From a virus (taxonomy: Duplodnaviria > Caudoviricetes): a DNA stretch of 28,318 nt. This document shows positions 7,197-17,175 of the stretch, in pieces. The stretch spans positions 1 to 28,318 of the IMG/VR virus record IMGVR_UViG_3300048848_000038. One strand, given 5' to 3'. A program made the translations under genes and the position numbers. Within the stretch, counting starts at the first letter, position 1. Every line of letters begins with the position of its first letter. The notes under the pieces are model-generated. The model had not been told where the DNA came from, ran no database searches, and saw only the letters and a program-made list of their open reading frames with translations.

Positions 7197-7713
7197 GAAC
7201 CTGCCCGATCGTTGACCAGTCGATTGCGGCAGCCTGTGCGGCCGCACCGACGGTCGTGGCGGCGGCCAGCTTCGACTTGGCGTCGAACCGCAGCCCCTCG
7301 ATCGCGCCTGAGAGGAAGGCCCAGCTATCCGCGTTTGAGATGACCTCCGCGGCCAGTGCTTCGAGGGTCATGCCCCGCGCCGTCGCCTCTGGTTGCAGCA
7401 TCACCGTCGGCGCGCTGTTGTCCGCCAGCCAGGCGCGCGCTGCTGCCTCCTTCAGCACATAGGTGCCAATCTGGGCCGGCAGCGCCGTCACGAACAACGC
7501 CCGCACCCGCTCGGCTTCGGCATCGATCCGCGTCGAAAGGTCGACGCGCAGGGCGGCAAGATCGAGCACTGGCGATCGGACCACTGCCATTGAGACCGTG
7601 ATCAGGGCAGCACCATCAGGCAGCATCTGGTAGGCACTTGTGCCAGGCGCACCGCTGCCGCGGTACAGTTCCTCGCCGGACGCCTGATCGTAGACCACCC
7701 AGAACTCGTTCAT
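7189..7713 (-). CDS. tail fibre assembly/chaperone-like protein
   Basis: ATGA overlap with the tail fibre stop; helical C-terminal IDAEAERVR...KEAAARAWLA...EATARG...AAIDW pattern. Confidence 0.65.
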   Translation of the reverse strand: MNEFWVVYDQASGEELYRGSGAPGTSAYQMLPDGAALITVSMAVVRSPVLDLAALRVDLSTRIDAEAERVRALFVTALPAQIGTYVLKEAAARAWLADNSAPTVMLQPEATARGMTLEALAAEVISNADSWAFLSGAIEGLRFDAKSKLAAATTVGAAAQAAAIDWSTIGQVHA

Positions 7714-10700
7714 CGTTTGAACTCCGTTGCGGCAATCACACCGCCGTTATAGCTCCACGTCGAATTGTCCGCGCTGAGCCGCAGGAAGAGCTGGACGGTC
7801 TCACCAGCCGGAAAGCTGCTGATCGCGAAGAATGACACCGGCTGAGCCGAGTTGGACGGCGAGAAGGCCACGAGACGGGACAAGGCGACCTCGCCCGCAC
7901 TGTATGCCGCCCACAGCTGGACGCGGAGCACGCCTGCCCCTGAGCTGCGCACGCCGTCCGCCTGGACATCAATCTTCATCGTTCCGCCTGTGCTGGCGAT
8001 CGACAAGCGCGGCGTCTCACCGCTGTTCTGCGGACTGACCCCGAAGCCGCCCAGGCCCGACAGGACGGCGCTGTTGGTGACGTTGTTGAGCGCAATTTTT
8101 GACGTGATGACCGTGCCATCGACAATCAGATCACCGGCCACCCGAACATCACCGACGAGATCGATGCCTGCGCCATTGTTGGTATCGGACCGCACCGTGA
8201 CGGCGGCCCTCCCGCCGGGCGACATCGCGATCAGCTCGACACGAGCCGCCGCCAGCTTGCCGGTCGCATCGCCCGCCGCACTCTGGGCGATCGTCGCTTT
8301 GCTGACCGCATCGCCAGCCTTGGCTTCCACGTCGGTAGTGCGGCGGGCCAATGCGCCGACCTCGTTGGACAAGGCATCATCAATCTGCGCGATGCGCGCG
8401 GCGTTGTCGGCAGCATTCTGAGCGTAGCTGGCGGAGAGCGTCGCCGCCTGCTGCGCCTGCGCGCGGCTGCCATCTGCCGCCACGGCCAGACTGTTCGCGG
8501 CACCAGCAGCGGACTGCGCCGCCCCGTTGGCCGCTTCGGCACTGAGGCGAGACTGCTCGGCAGCCGACGCGCTGTTACCCGCGGCACCCGAACTGGCCTG
8601 CGCAACGCTGGCGCTGCCGGCCGCGGCGCTCGCATGCCCCTGTGCTGTGTCGCGCGACGCCGCCGCCAGCGTCGCCGACGAGGCGGCGGCATTGGCCGAG
8701 CCGGCGGCATCGTTCCTCGACGTGACGGCGGTATCGCGTGCCGCCTCGGCACTTCCGCGCGCGGTTTCGGCTGCCAGCCGCGACGTTTCCGCCGCTGACG
8801 CGCGCGCGCCGGCCGCGTCGTTCGATGCCGCAGCGCTTGTGGCGCTGCTCGCCGACGCCTCTGCGAAGCCCCGAGCCGATGCGGACTCGGTGATGTCGGT
8901 CAGCTCGATGCCGGTGAGATGGATGACGCCGTTATTCGCCGAGCCGCTGTCGAGGCTGACGACAATTCGTGGGTCGAGGAAGGCGCTGTTTACGTCGTCC
9001 GTGTTGAACACGCCCTCCAGCACGAAGAAGCCGGAACCGGAGCCGAGTTGATTATTCGGCTTGTACGGCACCCCGCTGTTGCTCAGCGTGCCATGATAGG
9101 CGTTCACCTGCGCCGGGCTGTCCGTCGGCGAACCGTAGAGGCCAAGGAAGAAGACGACGTTGGTCGCGTAGGAGAAGCCCCATGCCCGCACCCGGTACCG
9201 GCGACCAGCCAGGCGCGGCAGTAGCGAGTTGAACAGGACGTAGCGCTCGCCGCCGATTTCGCCTGCTACCGCCTGGACGATGTACGGCTGTGGCCATCCG
9301 GCACCCGGACCGATGATCGCCGCTGGAACACTGTACGCGGTCCGGCCGGCCGGATCGAGGGTTGGCGGAAACTGACGCGCGAGTGCCCGCTGCGAAGCCG
9401 TGCTCGCCGATGCGGACAAGGCAGCGCTATCGACCGCGCTGCTCGCCGATCCGGCCGCATTGCTCTCGCTGGTGGCGGCCGAGGCGCGCGCAGCTTCAGC
9501 CTGACCTGCCGACGTCTGCGCCTGGTTGCGGAAGCCGTCAGCCGCCGCCGCCTGCTCACCGGCACGATCGGCGCTGGCGGAGGCTGTGCTGGCGCTGCCC
9601 GATGCGGCAACGGCTGCCCGTTCGGCGCTACCCTGTGCCGACGCCGCCACTCCAGCGGCGTTCGTCGCGATAGACGCCGCTCCCGCCGCACTGTTCATGT
9701 AATCGGCGGTCGTGTTCCGGTAGGCCAGCGCCTCGCCGGCCGAGCCAGCGGCCGACTGCCGCGACGTTTCGGCTGCCGATGCGCGCTGCCCTGCTTGGTC
9801 GTTGGATGCCGAGGCGCTCGACGCACTCGTCGAAGCCGCCTCTGCATAGCCCCGCGCCACGCTCGACTCGGTTATGTCGGTAAGCTCGATGCCGGTGAGG
9901 TGAATGACGCCGTTATTCGGTGATCCGTCATCCGGAGCGAAGACGATGCGCGGGTCAAGGAAGGCGCTGCCGGCCGCGTCGTCGGTACGGAACTCGCCCT
10001 CCAGCACGAAGAAGCCAGATCCGACGCCGAGTTGATTATTCGGTTTGTATGGCACCCCGCCGTTGCTCAGCGCACCATGATAGGCGTTCGCCTGAGCCGG
10101 GCTGTCCGTTGGCGAACCATAAAGGCCAAGAAAGAAGACGACGTTTGTCGCATAGGAAAAGCCCCATGCGCGTACCCGATATCGGCGGCCTGCGATGCGC
10201 GGCAGCAGGCGGTTGAACAGCACGTACTGCTCGCCGCCGATCTGGCCGGCATCGGCCTGCACGATGTACGGCTGCGGCCAATCCGCTGAAGGCCCAATTA
10301 TGCGCGCCGGGACGCTGTACGCGGTACGGCCGGCCGGATCGAGCGTCGGCGGAAACTGACGAGCGAGCGCTGCCTGGGCGGCATCGCGCGCGATCGCGCT
10401 GACCTGCGCCGAGCTGGCAGCGGCAGCGGCTGATCCTTCCGCGCTCGACGTGGACTGCGCCGCTCGATCGGCGGACACGCTGGCCTCCGCCGCCTTTGTC
10501 GTGGCGCGATCTACCGACGCCGTCGCCGTGCTGGCGCTCTGGACGGCTTCGTTCGCCTTCTGGGTGGCGACGGTCGCCTGACCGCTGGCGGTCCGGGCGA
10601 ACCCTTCTGCGCTGGCGACATACTGCGCCGCTTCGGCTGCCTTTTGCTCGGCAAGTGCTCGCGCGGCTTCGGAAAGCGCCTGGGCCTTATCGACCAGCCC

Positions 10701-12392
10701 TTTCGACGCTGCAGCCTGAGCCGCGAAATCGCCGGCTCGATCCGCCTCGGCATCGGCAGCGGCATAGGCGGCTTGCGCCTGATCACGCGCTTCGCGTGCC
10801 GCATCCCGGGCGGCATTGGCCGCGTTGACCTGCTGCGAGAGGTCGCCGCCACCGCCCGCCTGAATGTTGTCGATACGCTCGATCAGGTCGTCGATCGTCT
10901 GCTTGGCGGCGTCGATCGCGGCGTTGATCTCTGCGGCCGGCCTGCCGCCCACTGCGTTGGTGTCGGCCGATTTGTGGTCGCCGGTGACATCCGCCCCAGG
11001 CTGGGCGGGCTTCAGATCCTCAAGCGGCGTGCCATCCTCATAGGTAGAGGTGCCGGCGATCGGTGCGCTGAGGTTCGCCCAATAGTCGTCGCCAGCCGTT
11101 CCGGCGGGCGGCGCATGTCCAGCGCTGGCTGTGGCGGCGATGTAGAGCCAGCGCGATCCGTCTGCGAGGCTGACGATGTTGCCCTCGCGATACGTCGTGC
11201 CGTCCGCATAGGTGCCGAGCTCGACCAGCGTCGCGGTGAAGGCGATGTCGGATAGCGCATGCACCGTCCATGCGCGGGCCGCGCCGATCGCCAGCTTTTG
11301 GAAGGGTGAGGCGATCCCCACCTGCTTGACCGAGCCGACCGGCGGCAGCGCCGACCCGTCCGCAGCAAGTGTCAGGCTCGGCACGCCGATCCCCACCGGC
11401 ACGACGAACAGCTGGCCGGTCCACGACATGCCGGCGACGGCGTTCACGCTCGCGGCGATCTGCTGGATTAGCTGACGGGCGGTCGTCTGCTGGTCGACGT
11501 AGATCGACAGATTGTACGGCCGTGCGGCATCCAGGGCGTCTAGCGACGCATCGTTGATCCTGCCGGCACCGCCCGACAGCAGCGCAAGCCGGCGAATGAC
11601 CTGCCCGGGCAGGCGCGCCCAGCCGTTCGAACCGCCCTCATCGCCGGCGATGAGGAAGCTGATCTGCCCGGTCGGCGGTGCGCCAAGACGGGCCATGCCG
11701 ACCGCCTTGGCCGTCGCCCAGCGTCCCGCCGGCACATTGGCTGCGATCAGCGCGGCATAGCTTGGAAAGTCACCGGCCGGAACGCCGAACCGAGCGAGTC
11801 GCTCTAGCCCGGCTTCGAAGCCGTGCAGCGGCCCATACGCGGACAGCTGGAATACGGTGTTGATGTTGTCGACCAGCGTGCCGGCGGCATAACGCGGTGC
11901 GCCCCGCGCCAGCGGCTTGGGCTGCCCCTTCAGCGCCTCGGTACCTTCCGGTCCGCTGGTGCCGGCATAGGTGGCGAGCAGCGCCGCATCGAGCCAGCGA
12001 TCGTCGACCGCGAAGTTGATCGAGGCGGTGCCGTCGGCAAGCTCCGGCTGCTCCGACACCCGCCCGTCGAAGCGCAGCGTCCACGATCCCCATGGTGCGC
12101 CTACGTCGCCGGTCCACAGCTGCAGCCGCGCATCGGCCAGAGCATAGCGGCCGAGGTTCGGCCAGGGCGCGGCCGCGATTGTCAGCGATGACGACGGCGC
12201 GGTGATATCGCCACCGAAGGCGCCGTCGAACAGGTCGTATCGCAGCGTCGGCAGCTTGATAAGCGCCGGCCACCACGGTTCACCTCCGCCGATATGGCAG
12301 ACAGCTGGATCGTCATGGCTGGCGGCACGCAGCGACACCGGTTGCGCAAGGACGGGATCGAACCCGTCGATCTGGACGACGACGCCGAGCAT
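7710..12392 (-). CDS. tail hub/central fibre (host-specificity J-like) protein, 1560 aa
   Basis: Start placed at ATG 12392 (TGATG overlap, MLGVVVQIDG). Hub-like N-terminus (LKGQPKPLARG), aromatic CBM5/12-like motif, Ala/Ser coiled coils, two duplicated globular domains, and a J-like C-terminus (DLIVDGTVITSKI...ATEFKR). Confidence 0.8.
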   Translation of the reverse strand: MLGVVVQIDGFDPVLAQPVSLRAASHDDPAVCHIGGGEPWWPALIKLPTLRYDLFDGAFGGDITAPSSSLTIAAAPWPNLGRYALADARLQLWTGDVGAPWGSWTLRFDGRVSEQPELADGTASINFAVDDRWLDAALLATYAGTSGPEGTEALKGQPKPLARGAPRYAAGTLVDNINTVFQLSAYGPLHGFEAGLERLARFGVPAGDFPSYAALIAANVPAGRWATAKAVGMARLGAPPTGQISFLIAGDEGGSNGWARLPGQVIRRLALLSGGAGRINDASLDALDAARPYNLSIYVDQQTTARQLIQQIAASVNAVAGMSWTGQLFVVPVGIGVPSLTLAADGSALPPVGSVKQVGIASPFQKLAIGAARAWTVHALSDIAFTATLVELGTYADGTTYREGNIVSLADGSRWLYIAATASAGHAPPAGTAGDDYWANLSAPIAGTSTYEDGTPLEDLKPAQPGADVTGDHKSADTNAVGGRPAAEINAAIDAAKQTIDDLIERIDNIQAGGGGDLSQQVNAANAARDAAREARDQAQAAYAAADAEADRAGDFAAQAAASKGLVDKAQALSEAARALAEQKAAEAAQYVASAEGFARTASGQATVATQKANEAVQSASTATASVDRATTKAAEASVSADRAAQSTSSAEGSAAAAASSAQVSAIARDAAQAALARQFPPTLDPAGRTAYSVPARIIGPSADWPQPYIVQADAGQIGGEQYVLFNRLLPRIAGRRYRVRAWGFSYATNVVFFLGLYGSPTDSPAQANAYHGALSNGGVPYKPNNQLGVGSGFFVLEGEFRTDDAAGSAFLDPRIVFAPDDGSPNNGVIHLTGIELTDITESSVARGYAEAASTSASSASASNDQAGQRASAAETSRQSAAGSAGEALAYRNTTADYMNSAAGAASIATNAAGVAASAQGSAERAAVAASGSASTASASADRAGEQAAAADGFRNQAQTSAGQAEAARASAATSESNAAGSASSAVDSAALSASASTASQRALARQFPPTLDPAGRTAYSVPAAIIGPGAGWPQPYIVQAVAGEIGGERYVLFNSLLPRLAGRRYRVRAWGFSYATNVVFFLGLYGSPTDSPAQVNAYHGTLSNSGVPYKPNNQLGSGSGFFVLEGVFNTDDVNSAFLDPRIVVSLDSGSANNGVIHLTGIELTDITESASARGFAEASASSATSAAASNDAAGARASAAETSRLAAETARGSAEAARDTAVTSRNDAAGSANAAASSATLAAASRDTAQGHASAAAGSASVAQASSGAAGNSASAAEQSRLSAEAANGAAQSAAGAANSLAVAADGSRAQAQQAATLSASYAQNAADNAARIAQIDDALSNEVGALARRTTDVEAKAGDAVSKATIAQSAAGDATGKLAAARVELIAMSPGGRAAVTVRSDTNNGAGIDLVGDVRVAGDLIVDGTVITSKIALNNVTNSAVLSGLGGFGVSPQNSGETPRLSIASTGGTMKIDVQADGVRSSGAGVLRVQLWAAYSAGEVALSRLVAFSPSNSAQPVSFFAISSFPAGETVQLFLRLSADNSTWSYNGGVIAATEFKR
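8884..10370 (-). repeat. intragenic duplication of a ~170-codon domain (approx. 9865-10370 and 8884-9386)
   Basis: Both copies run from ALARQFPPTLDPAGRTAYSVPA to GVIHLTGIELTDITES; offset 984/981 nt with one codon indel. Confidence 0.95.
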
Positions 12393-13192
12393 CAGAAAAT
12401 GCTGACCAGGTTGGCCTTGGCTTCGAACAGCTGCGCCTTGCGCCACGTATGGCCGAGGTCGCCGACCAGCGGGCCGAAATAGCACCGCCCCTGGCGCTGG
12501 GCGACGTCGGCCGGATCGGTGACGAGCGCGACCATCTCGGTATTGCCGATGCGCTCGAGCAGCGGCTGCGTGTACGCCTCCACCTCGTCGCGGTTGATGT
12601 TGGAGAAGGTGACGCCGACCGTGCGGAGCTTCTTGCCCCGGGCGCGCTGCAGCACGCCGCGGCGCGTGAAGTCGAGGCTGCCGAGATCGCGGACGCCGAA
12701 GGCGGCCCCATAGCCGAAGTTGCGGGCGAGCTGGATCCGCTTGCCAGCGACGATCCGTGCGATCTGGACGCTGCCACCGGCGGTCATGCCGGCGATGCGG
12801 AGCAGCAGATAGCGCGCCGCGGCCGGCGCCGGCGCGCCCCACGATGCAATTGCCACACCCGCGCCGCTGGCGAGCCGGTCACCGGAGAGCAGCGGCTGCA
12901 CCGGCGCTGCCCAGAAGCTGCCGGCGGCAAAGTTCGACCCTTGCGCAGCGGTGGCGAGGCGGACTTCCAGCGTCGCCGCATCGATCGCGGTACCGTCGAC
13001 GCCGAACAGCATCAGCGTATCGAGCGCCCGATCGGTGCCGAGATCGACGATGATCGTCGCGACATCGCCCGCGGCCGAACGCCAGACGACGCCGGCATAG
13101 TCGTTCCCCATGTAAGCGCCGGCGCCCAGGGCGGCCGACGACACGGTGATGCCGCTCATCGCCAGCGGCGGTAGGATCCACGCATTGGCCAT
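12392..13192 (-). CDS. distal tail (Dit-like) protein with beta-sandwich/discoidin-like N-terminus
   Basis: Position between tape measure and hub; IIVDLG, ARYLLLRI, VQIARIVAG, NFGYG and YFGPL motifs seen in alphaproteobacterial tail proteins. Confidence 0.6.
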   Translation of the reverse strand: MANAWILPPLAMSGITVSSAALGAGAYMGNDYAGVVWRSAAGDVATIIVDLGTDRALDTLMLFGVDGTAIDAATLEVRLATAAQGSNFAAGSFWAAPVQPLLSGDRLASGAGVAIASWGAPAPAAARYLLLRIAGMTAGGSVQIARIVAGKRIQLARNFGYGAAFGVRDLGSLDFTRRGVLQRARGKKLRTVGVTFSNINRDEVEAYTQPLLERIGNTEMVALVTDPADVAQRQGRCYFGPLVGDLGHTWRKAQLFEAKANLVSIF

Positions 13193-13195
13193 GGT

Positions 13196-13558
13196 TCACC
13201 CGAACAGTTCGAAGGAGCTGGTCTCGGCGTCGAGGTCGAGCTCGACCCGCGCCACCAGGAAGGCGCCGTCGGCGCGCTGCTCGTCATCGATGAGCCGTGC
13301 GGTCGGGATACCGGCTGCCGGGTCCGGCCAGACGAGATCCTGCGCGGTGACGGCGAACCGCCTGCGCTCGACGCCGATCAGCGCGCCCCGTGAATCGATG
13401 ATAGCCTGCGCGTCGGCCGCGCGGTCGAAATAACCGGTCGCCGGCGTCACGGAGCCGTCGCGCGCGGCGGGGTAGCGGGCGGCGATCGCCGGGTCTGACC
13501 AGGTCGAGATCGCGACCTCACGCGTGGCCGCGGCGATATCGGCGGGAAGCGCCGGCAT
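13196..13558 (-). CDS. tail protein resembling a detached hub C-terminal domain
   Basis: TGATG-coupled to the tape measure; YFDRAADAQA...RRRFAV...LVARVELD...SFELFG. Confidence 0.65.
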   Translation of the reverse strand: MPALPADIAAATREVAISTWSDPAIAARYPAARDGSVTPATGYFDRAADAQAIIDSRGALIGVERRRFAVTAQDLVWPDPAAGIPTARLIDDEQRADGAFLVARVELDLDAETSSFELFG

Positions 13559-16500
13559 CAGGCGAACGCCCGCTGCGTGCCGATGAAGTCGTTGACGCCG
13601 ATATAGCCGCCATTCGCCTCCGCAGCAGCGGCGATACGGAGCAGGATCGCCTGCGTATCCTGCGCCATCTCGTTTGCCGTCTTGACCGCGGCGGCCGTCG
13701 CTGCCGCGCTATCGGCGGTCGCCTTCGCGAACGGGCTCTCGACCGATCCGCCGATCGGCTTGGCATTGTCGATCGTGCTGATCGCCTTGTTCGTCGCCGC
13801 CTGCACCGCGTCGAGCTGGTCGAAATAGGCCTGCGTCGAGCCGTACAGCTGCCGCTCGATGTCGAGATACGCCTGCGCGGCCGCCTGGTACTTGGACTGG
13901 TCGATCGACTGCCCGGCCTCGATCTGCGCGAGGAACGGCGCCAGCGCCGCCTTCGCCGACGTCTCCTGATCGCGCAGCGAATAGGGCGAGTTGGACCCGA
14001 TCTTCATGCTGGCGAGGAAGTCCTTCAGCCCCTGGCTTGCCGCGGCCGTGCTGTTCTTCACCTGATCGAGCTGCAGGTCGTAGAGCCGCTGCGCCTGCGC
14101 CATCTGCTCGGCCGACGCGCCGCCTTCCTTGAGGGCATCGACCGTCTTCTGGAACTTGCGGTTCAGCTCGTCGATCGCGGCACCGACCGGATCGAGCATC
14201 GCCTTGAGGTCCTTCGGCACCGCCTCGATCATCAGCGCCTTGCTCAGCGCGCGTTCCAGATCCTGACCGGACCGGAGGATCTTGAGGCTGGCCGAGCTGA
14301 TCCCGGACAGCACGCCATCCTGCAGCGCGTCCTGGATCGCATATTTGATCGCGGCCGTCTCGTCGGTGAAGGTCTGCGCGCCGACCGAGCCTTTCCCGCC
14401 GATCGGCGTGCCGTTGGTGCTGACGCGCAGCTTGTCCTTGTAGACGCCGATCTGAACGTTGGACGATCCGCTGATCACCGCGCCGAGCTGGTCGGCGATC
14501 GACTGGAGGCCGGATGCAACGCTGCCGGCGAGCGTACCCGCCTGCCCCTTCACCGTCGCGTTCGTGCCGCTGGCGCTGCCGGCGCTGACCGTGCCGCCGT
14601 CGGTGGAGATCCCGGCGCTGCCCTTCACCGTCTTCTTGAACAGGCCGCCGATGACGCTGCCGACGATGCCGCCGGCGATCGCGCCCAGCGGCCCGGCTGC
14701 GCCGCCCAGCGTCTTGCCGAGCGTGCCGCCCACGGTGGAGGCGATGGTCTTGCCGAGCGCATCACCGGCGACCTTGCCGGCAACACCGCCGAGCGCGCTT
14801 CCGAGCTGGTTCTGCTTGCCGCCGGTGATCGAGGCGAACACGGACCCGCCGATCTGGCCGTAGGAGGCGCCAGCGAGGGCCGAGCCCAGCGTGCTGCTCA
14901 GCTTCTCGATCGACTCCGGGCTGATCCCGAGCTTGCTGTTCTTCAAGCTGTCGGTCAGCGACTTGGCGATATCGTTCGCCTGGCCCTCGATGCCGCCGGG
15001 CTGCAGCAGGCCGCGGAGTGGGCCGTTGATCCGGATGCCGAGCAGATCCATGGCGCTGCCGACGGCATCGCGCAGGCCGTCGCCGAAGCTGGTGACGGCA
15101 TCGTCGACGCCGTTCGCCAGCACCTCGACACCAGCAGCGACGCCTCGGTCGAAGTCGGCAAGCGCGGCGGTGACCTGGGCATCGCCGAAGGTATCGCGCA
15201 GCAGCTGCTCGGAATTGGCGCTCTGGGCGGCGGTGTAGTCCCGCTTCGCACCGCGGACGTATGCGATCTCCTGATCGGGAGTGATCTTGCCGGCGCGGGC
15301 CAGCTTGTCGATCTCCGCCAGCTTCTCACGATACTTGCGGGCAGCATCGGCGGCCGGGTCGAACTTGCCGAGGATCTGATCGAGGGCGCTGTCGAGCTGC
15401 TTCTGTTCCTGCGCAGCTTCCCGCGTCGCCTTCGTCGTCTCGCGCACGGACGCGCGATAATTGTCGACGGCGAGCTTCCCCTTCTCCCAGGCGACATGGA
15501 AATGGTCGCTGTGGCCCTTGTCGCCCGGGCCGAACAGCTGCTCGATGCCGCCAGCATTGCGCTTGATCGAGACGCCTGCCTTCTCGAAGACGTCGCGGAT
15601 CTGATCCTTGGTGAGCGAACCCATGCCGCCCTTCGGCACGAAGTCGATCGCGGCGCTGCGATAATGGTCGGAGTTCGAGACGTGCTTGCCGCCGGTCGTG
15701 CTGGTGATACGCGCGCCGAGTTCGTCGCGCAGCAGCTTCGAAATGCTCGCGGGCGTGGCGAGGTCAGGATCGCGGGTCGGCTGCCGGCTCGCCGCAGACT
15801 GGCGATCGCGCTCCGCCTTGATTGCTGCCTGACGCTTCGTTTCGATCAGCTGCAATTCGCGCGTTAGCGACGCATCGACCTGCTTGCCGCGTGCCGCCTC
15901 GGCGGTCGCTGCGCGTTGAGCTGCGGCGGCCTGATCGTCATAGATCTTCTTGATGCGCGCCATTGGATCCAGGGCGCGTGTGGCGGCTTCTGCCGCGAGA
16001 TCGATCCGGGTGCGCTGGACGTTCTGCTCGAGCTGCCCAATCTTGCTTTGCTGATCCTTGGCCAGCGCCTCGAGACGGGCGACCTCGCCGTCATACTGCG
16101 CCTTCACCAGCGAGTCGGCCCCGCCGGGACCGGTGACACCGCCCGCGTTCTGCGCGAGCACCTTTGCCTGCTCGATCAGCGCAAGCGTGGTCTTGCGGAT
16201 GCCGATCTCACGCTGAAGCTCTTTCTTGGCATCAATGTTCGCCTGCTCAGCGCGCGTTTGCAGAGCCCTGTCACCGTCATCGAGCGCCTTGGTCTGTTCG
16301 CGCAGTGCCTGCGCGACGCCTTCGGCCGACCGGGAAAATATATCCTGGGCGCGAGAGGTCGCCTCCGACTCGATCGCCTCCTTCTTCAGCTTGTCGACGG
16401 CGTCTCCGAGCGCGTCGTTGTGGTCGAGGATCTTCGCCACCAAAGGAGCCAGCACGGTGACGGCGATCGTCGCGGCGATGCCCCAGCCACTGGTCAGGAA

Positions 16501-17175
16501 GGCCGCGACACCGGCGAGCTTCCCGCCCATGTTCTGAAGCGCGAACGATGCCTGTCCGATCTGCTGCGAAAACGCGGTGGCGACACTCTGGCCTGACGCG
16601 ACCTGAACCGAGAAGTCCTGCAGCTGCTGACCGAGCATGATCGTCGATTGGCGCTGCTGCTCGGCCGACACGACATTGTCGTTCGCGGCGCGCGTGTGGA
16701 TGACCGTGGCACTAGCCGTCTTGTTAAGCTGCACCTGCACCGCTTCGAGCGCGAGGATCCGCTGGCGGATAGCGGTGGCATCGGCTTCCTCGCCCCGCGC
16801 CGCGACCATTGCGGCATCCGCTTCCTGGCGCATCGCCTCGGTGACGGTCCGCGAGCTGGACGACGCGGCGAGCATGGCGGCGCTGAGTTCTCGCGCGACG
16901 GCGGCCTTCTGGTCAGCCGCCGTGGCCGATTCCCGCAGCGATGCGATCTCGCCCGACAGGTCCAGCGATCCCGACGCGGTGCGAGGCAGCTTCATCGACT
17001 GTTCGGCCAGCTTCTGCACCTCGGCAAAGCTCTGGCCGAAGCTGTCGCGGATGCCGGCGGCCGAGGACTTCGCCTTTGTCGCGAGATCAGCGAACGACCG
17101 GCCGCCTTCGCTGCTGAATTGTTCGGCGCGGAGCTGGAGGCGGGCGACGATATCGAATTGCGACGACGATCCCAT
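13558..17175 (-). CDS. tail tape measure protein with internal Zn-peptidase (M15/LAS-like) domain
   Basis: 1205 aa, helical and Ala-rich; lambda-type QLQDFSVQVASGQSVATAFSQQIGQ motif; Gly-rich hydrophobic segment; HYRSAAIDF and HFH motifs. Confidence 0.9.
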   Translation of the reverse strand: MGSSSQFDIVARLQLRAEQFSSEGGRSFADLATKAKSSAAGIRDSFGQSFAEVQKLAEQSMKLPRTASGSLDLSGEIASLRESATAADQKAAVARELSAAMLAASSSSRTVTEAMRQEADAAMVAARGEEADATAIRQRILALEAVQVQLNKTASATVIHTRAANDNVVSAEQQRQSTIMLGQQLQDFSVQVASGQSVATAFSQQIGQASFALQNMGGKLAGVAAFLTSGWGIAATIAVTVLAPLVAKILDHNDALGDAVDKLKKEAIESEATSRAQDIFSRSAEGVAQALREQTKALDDGDRALQTRAEQANIDAKKELQREIGIRKTTLALIEQAKVLAQNAGGVTGPGGADSLVKAQYDGEVARLEALAKDQQSKIGQLEQNVQRTRIDLAAEAATRALDPMARIKKIYDDQAAAAQRAATAEAARGKQVDASLTRELQLIETKRQAAIKAERDRQSAASRQPTRDPDLATPASISKLLRDELGARITSTTGGKHVSNSDHYRSAAIDFVPKGGMGSLTKDQIRDVFEKAGVSIKRNAGGIEQLFGPGDKGHSDHFHVAWEKGKLAVDNYRASVRETTKATREAAQEQKQLDSALDQILGKFDPAADAARKYREKLAEIDKLARAGKITPDQEIAYVRGAKRDYTAAQSANSEQLLRDTFGDAQVTAALADFDRGVAAGVEVLANGVDDAVTSFGDGLRDAVGSAMDLLGIRINGPLRGLLQPGGIEGQANDIAKSLTDSLKNSKLGISPESIEKLSSTLGSALAGASYGQIGGSVFASITGGKQNQLGSALGGVAGKVAGDALGKTIASTVGGTLGKTLGGAAGPLGAIAGGIVGSVIGGLFKKTVKGSAGISTDGGTVSAGSASGTNATVKGQAGTLAGSVASGLQSIADQLGAVISGSSNVQIGVYKDKLRVSTNGTPIGGKGSVGAQTFTDETAAIKYAIQDALQDGVLSGISSASLKILRSGQDLERALSKALMIEAVPKDLKAMLDPVGAAIDELNRKFQKTVDALKEGGASAEQMAQAQRLYDLQLDQVKNSTAAASQGLKDFLASMKIGSNSPYSLRDQETSAKAALAPFLAQIEAGQSIDQSKYQAAAQAYLDIERQLYGSTQAYFDQLDAVQAATNKAISTIDNAKPIGGSVESPFAKATADSAAATAAAVKTANEMAQDTQAILLRIAAAAEANGGYIGVNDFIGTQRAFA

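Noticed and set aside
8884-10370. DGR template/variable repeat pair
   Set aside because: Differences are mostly synonymous and not adenine-specific, both copies are in-frame parts of one gene, and no reverse transcriptase is in the window.
12393-12842. N-terminal 150-aa extension of the 1710-aa ORF
   Set aside because: Arg/Pro-rich off-frame read-through overlapping the Dit-like gene; the coupled ATG at 12392 is the better start.
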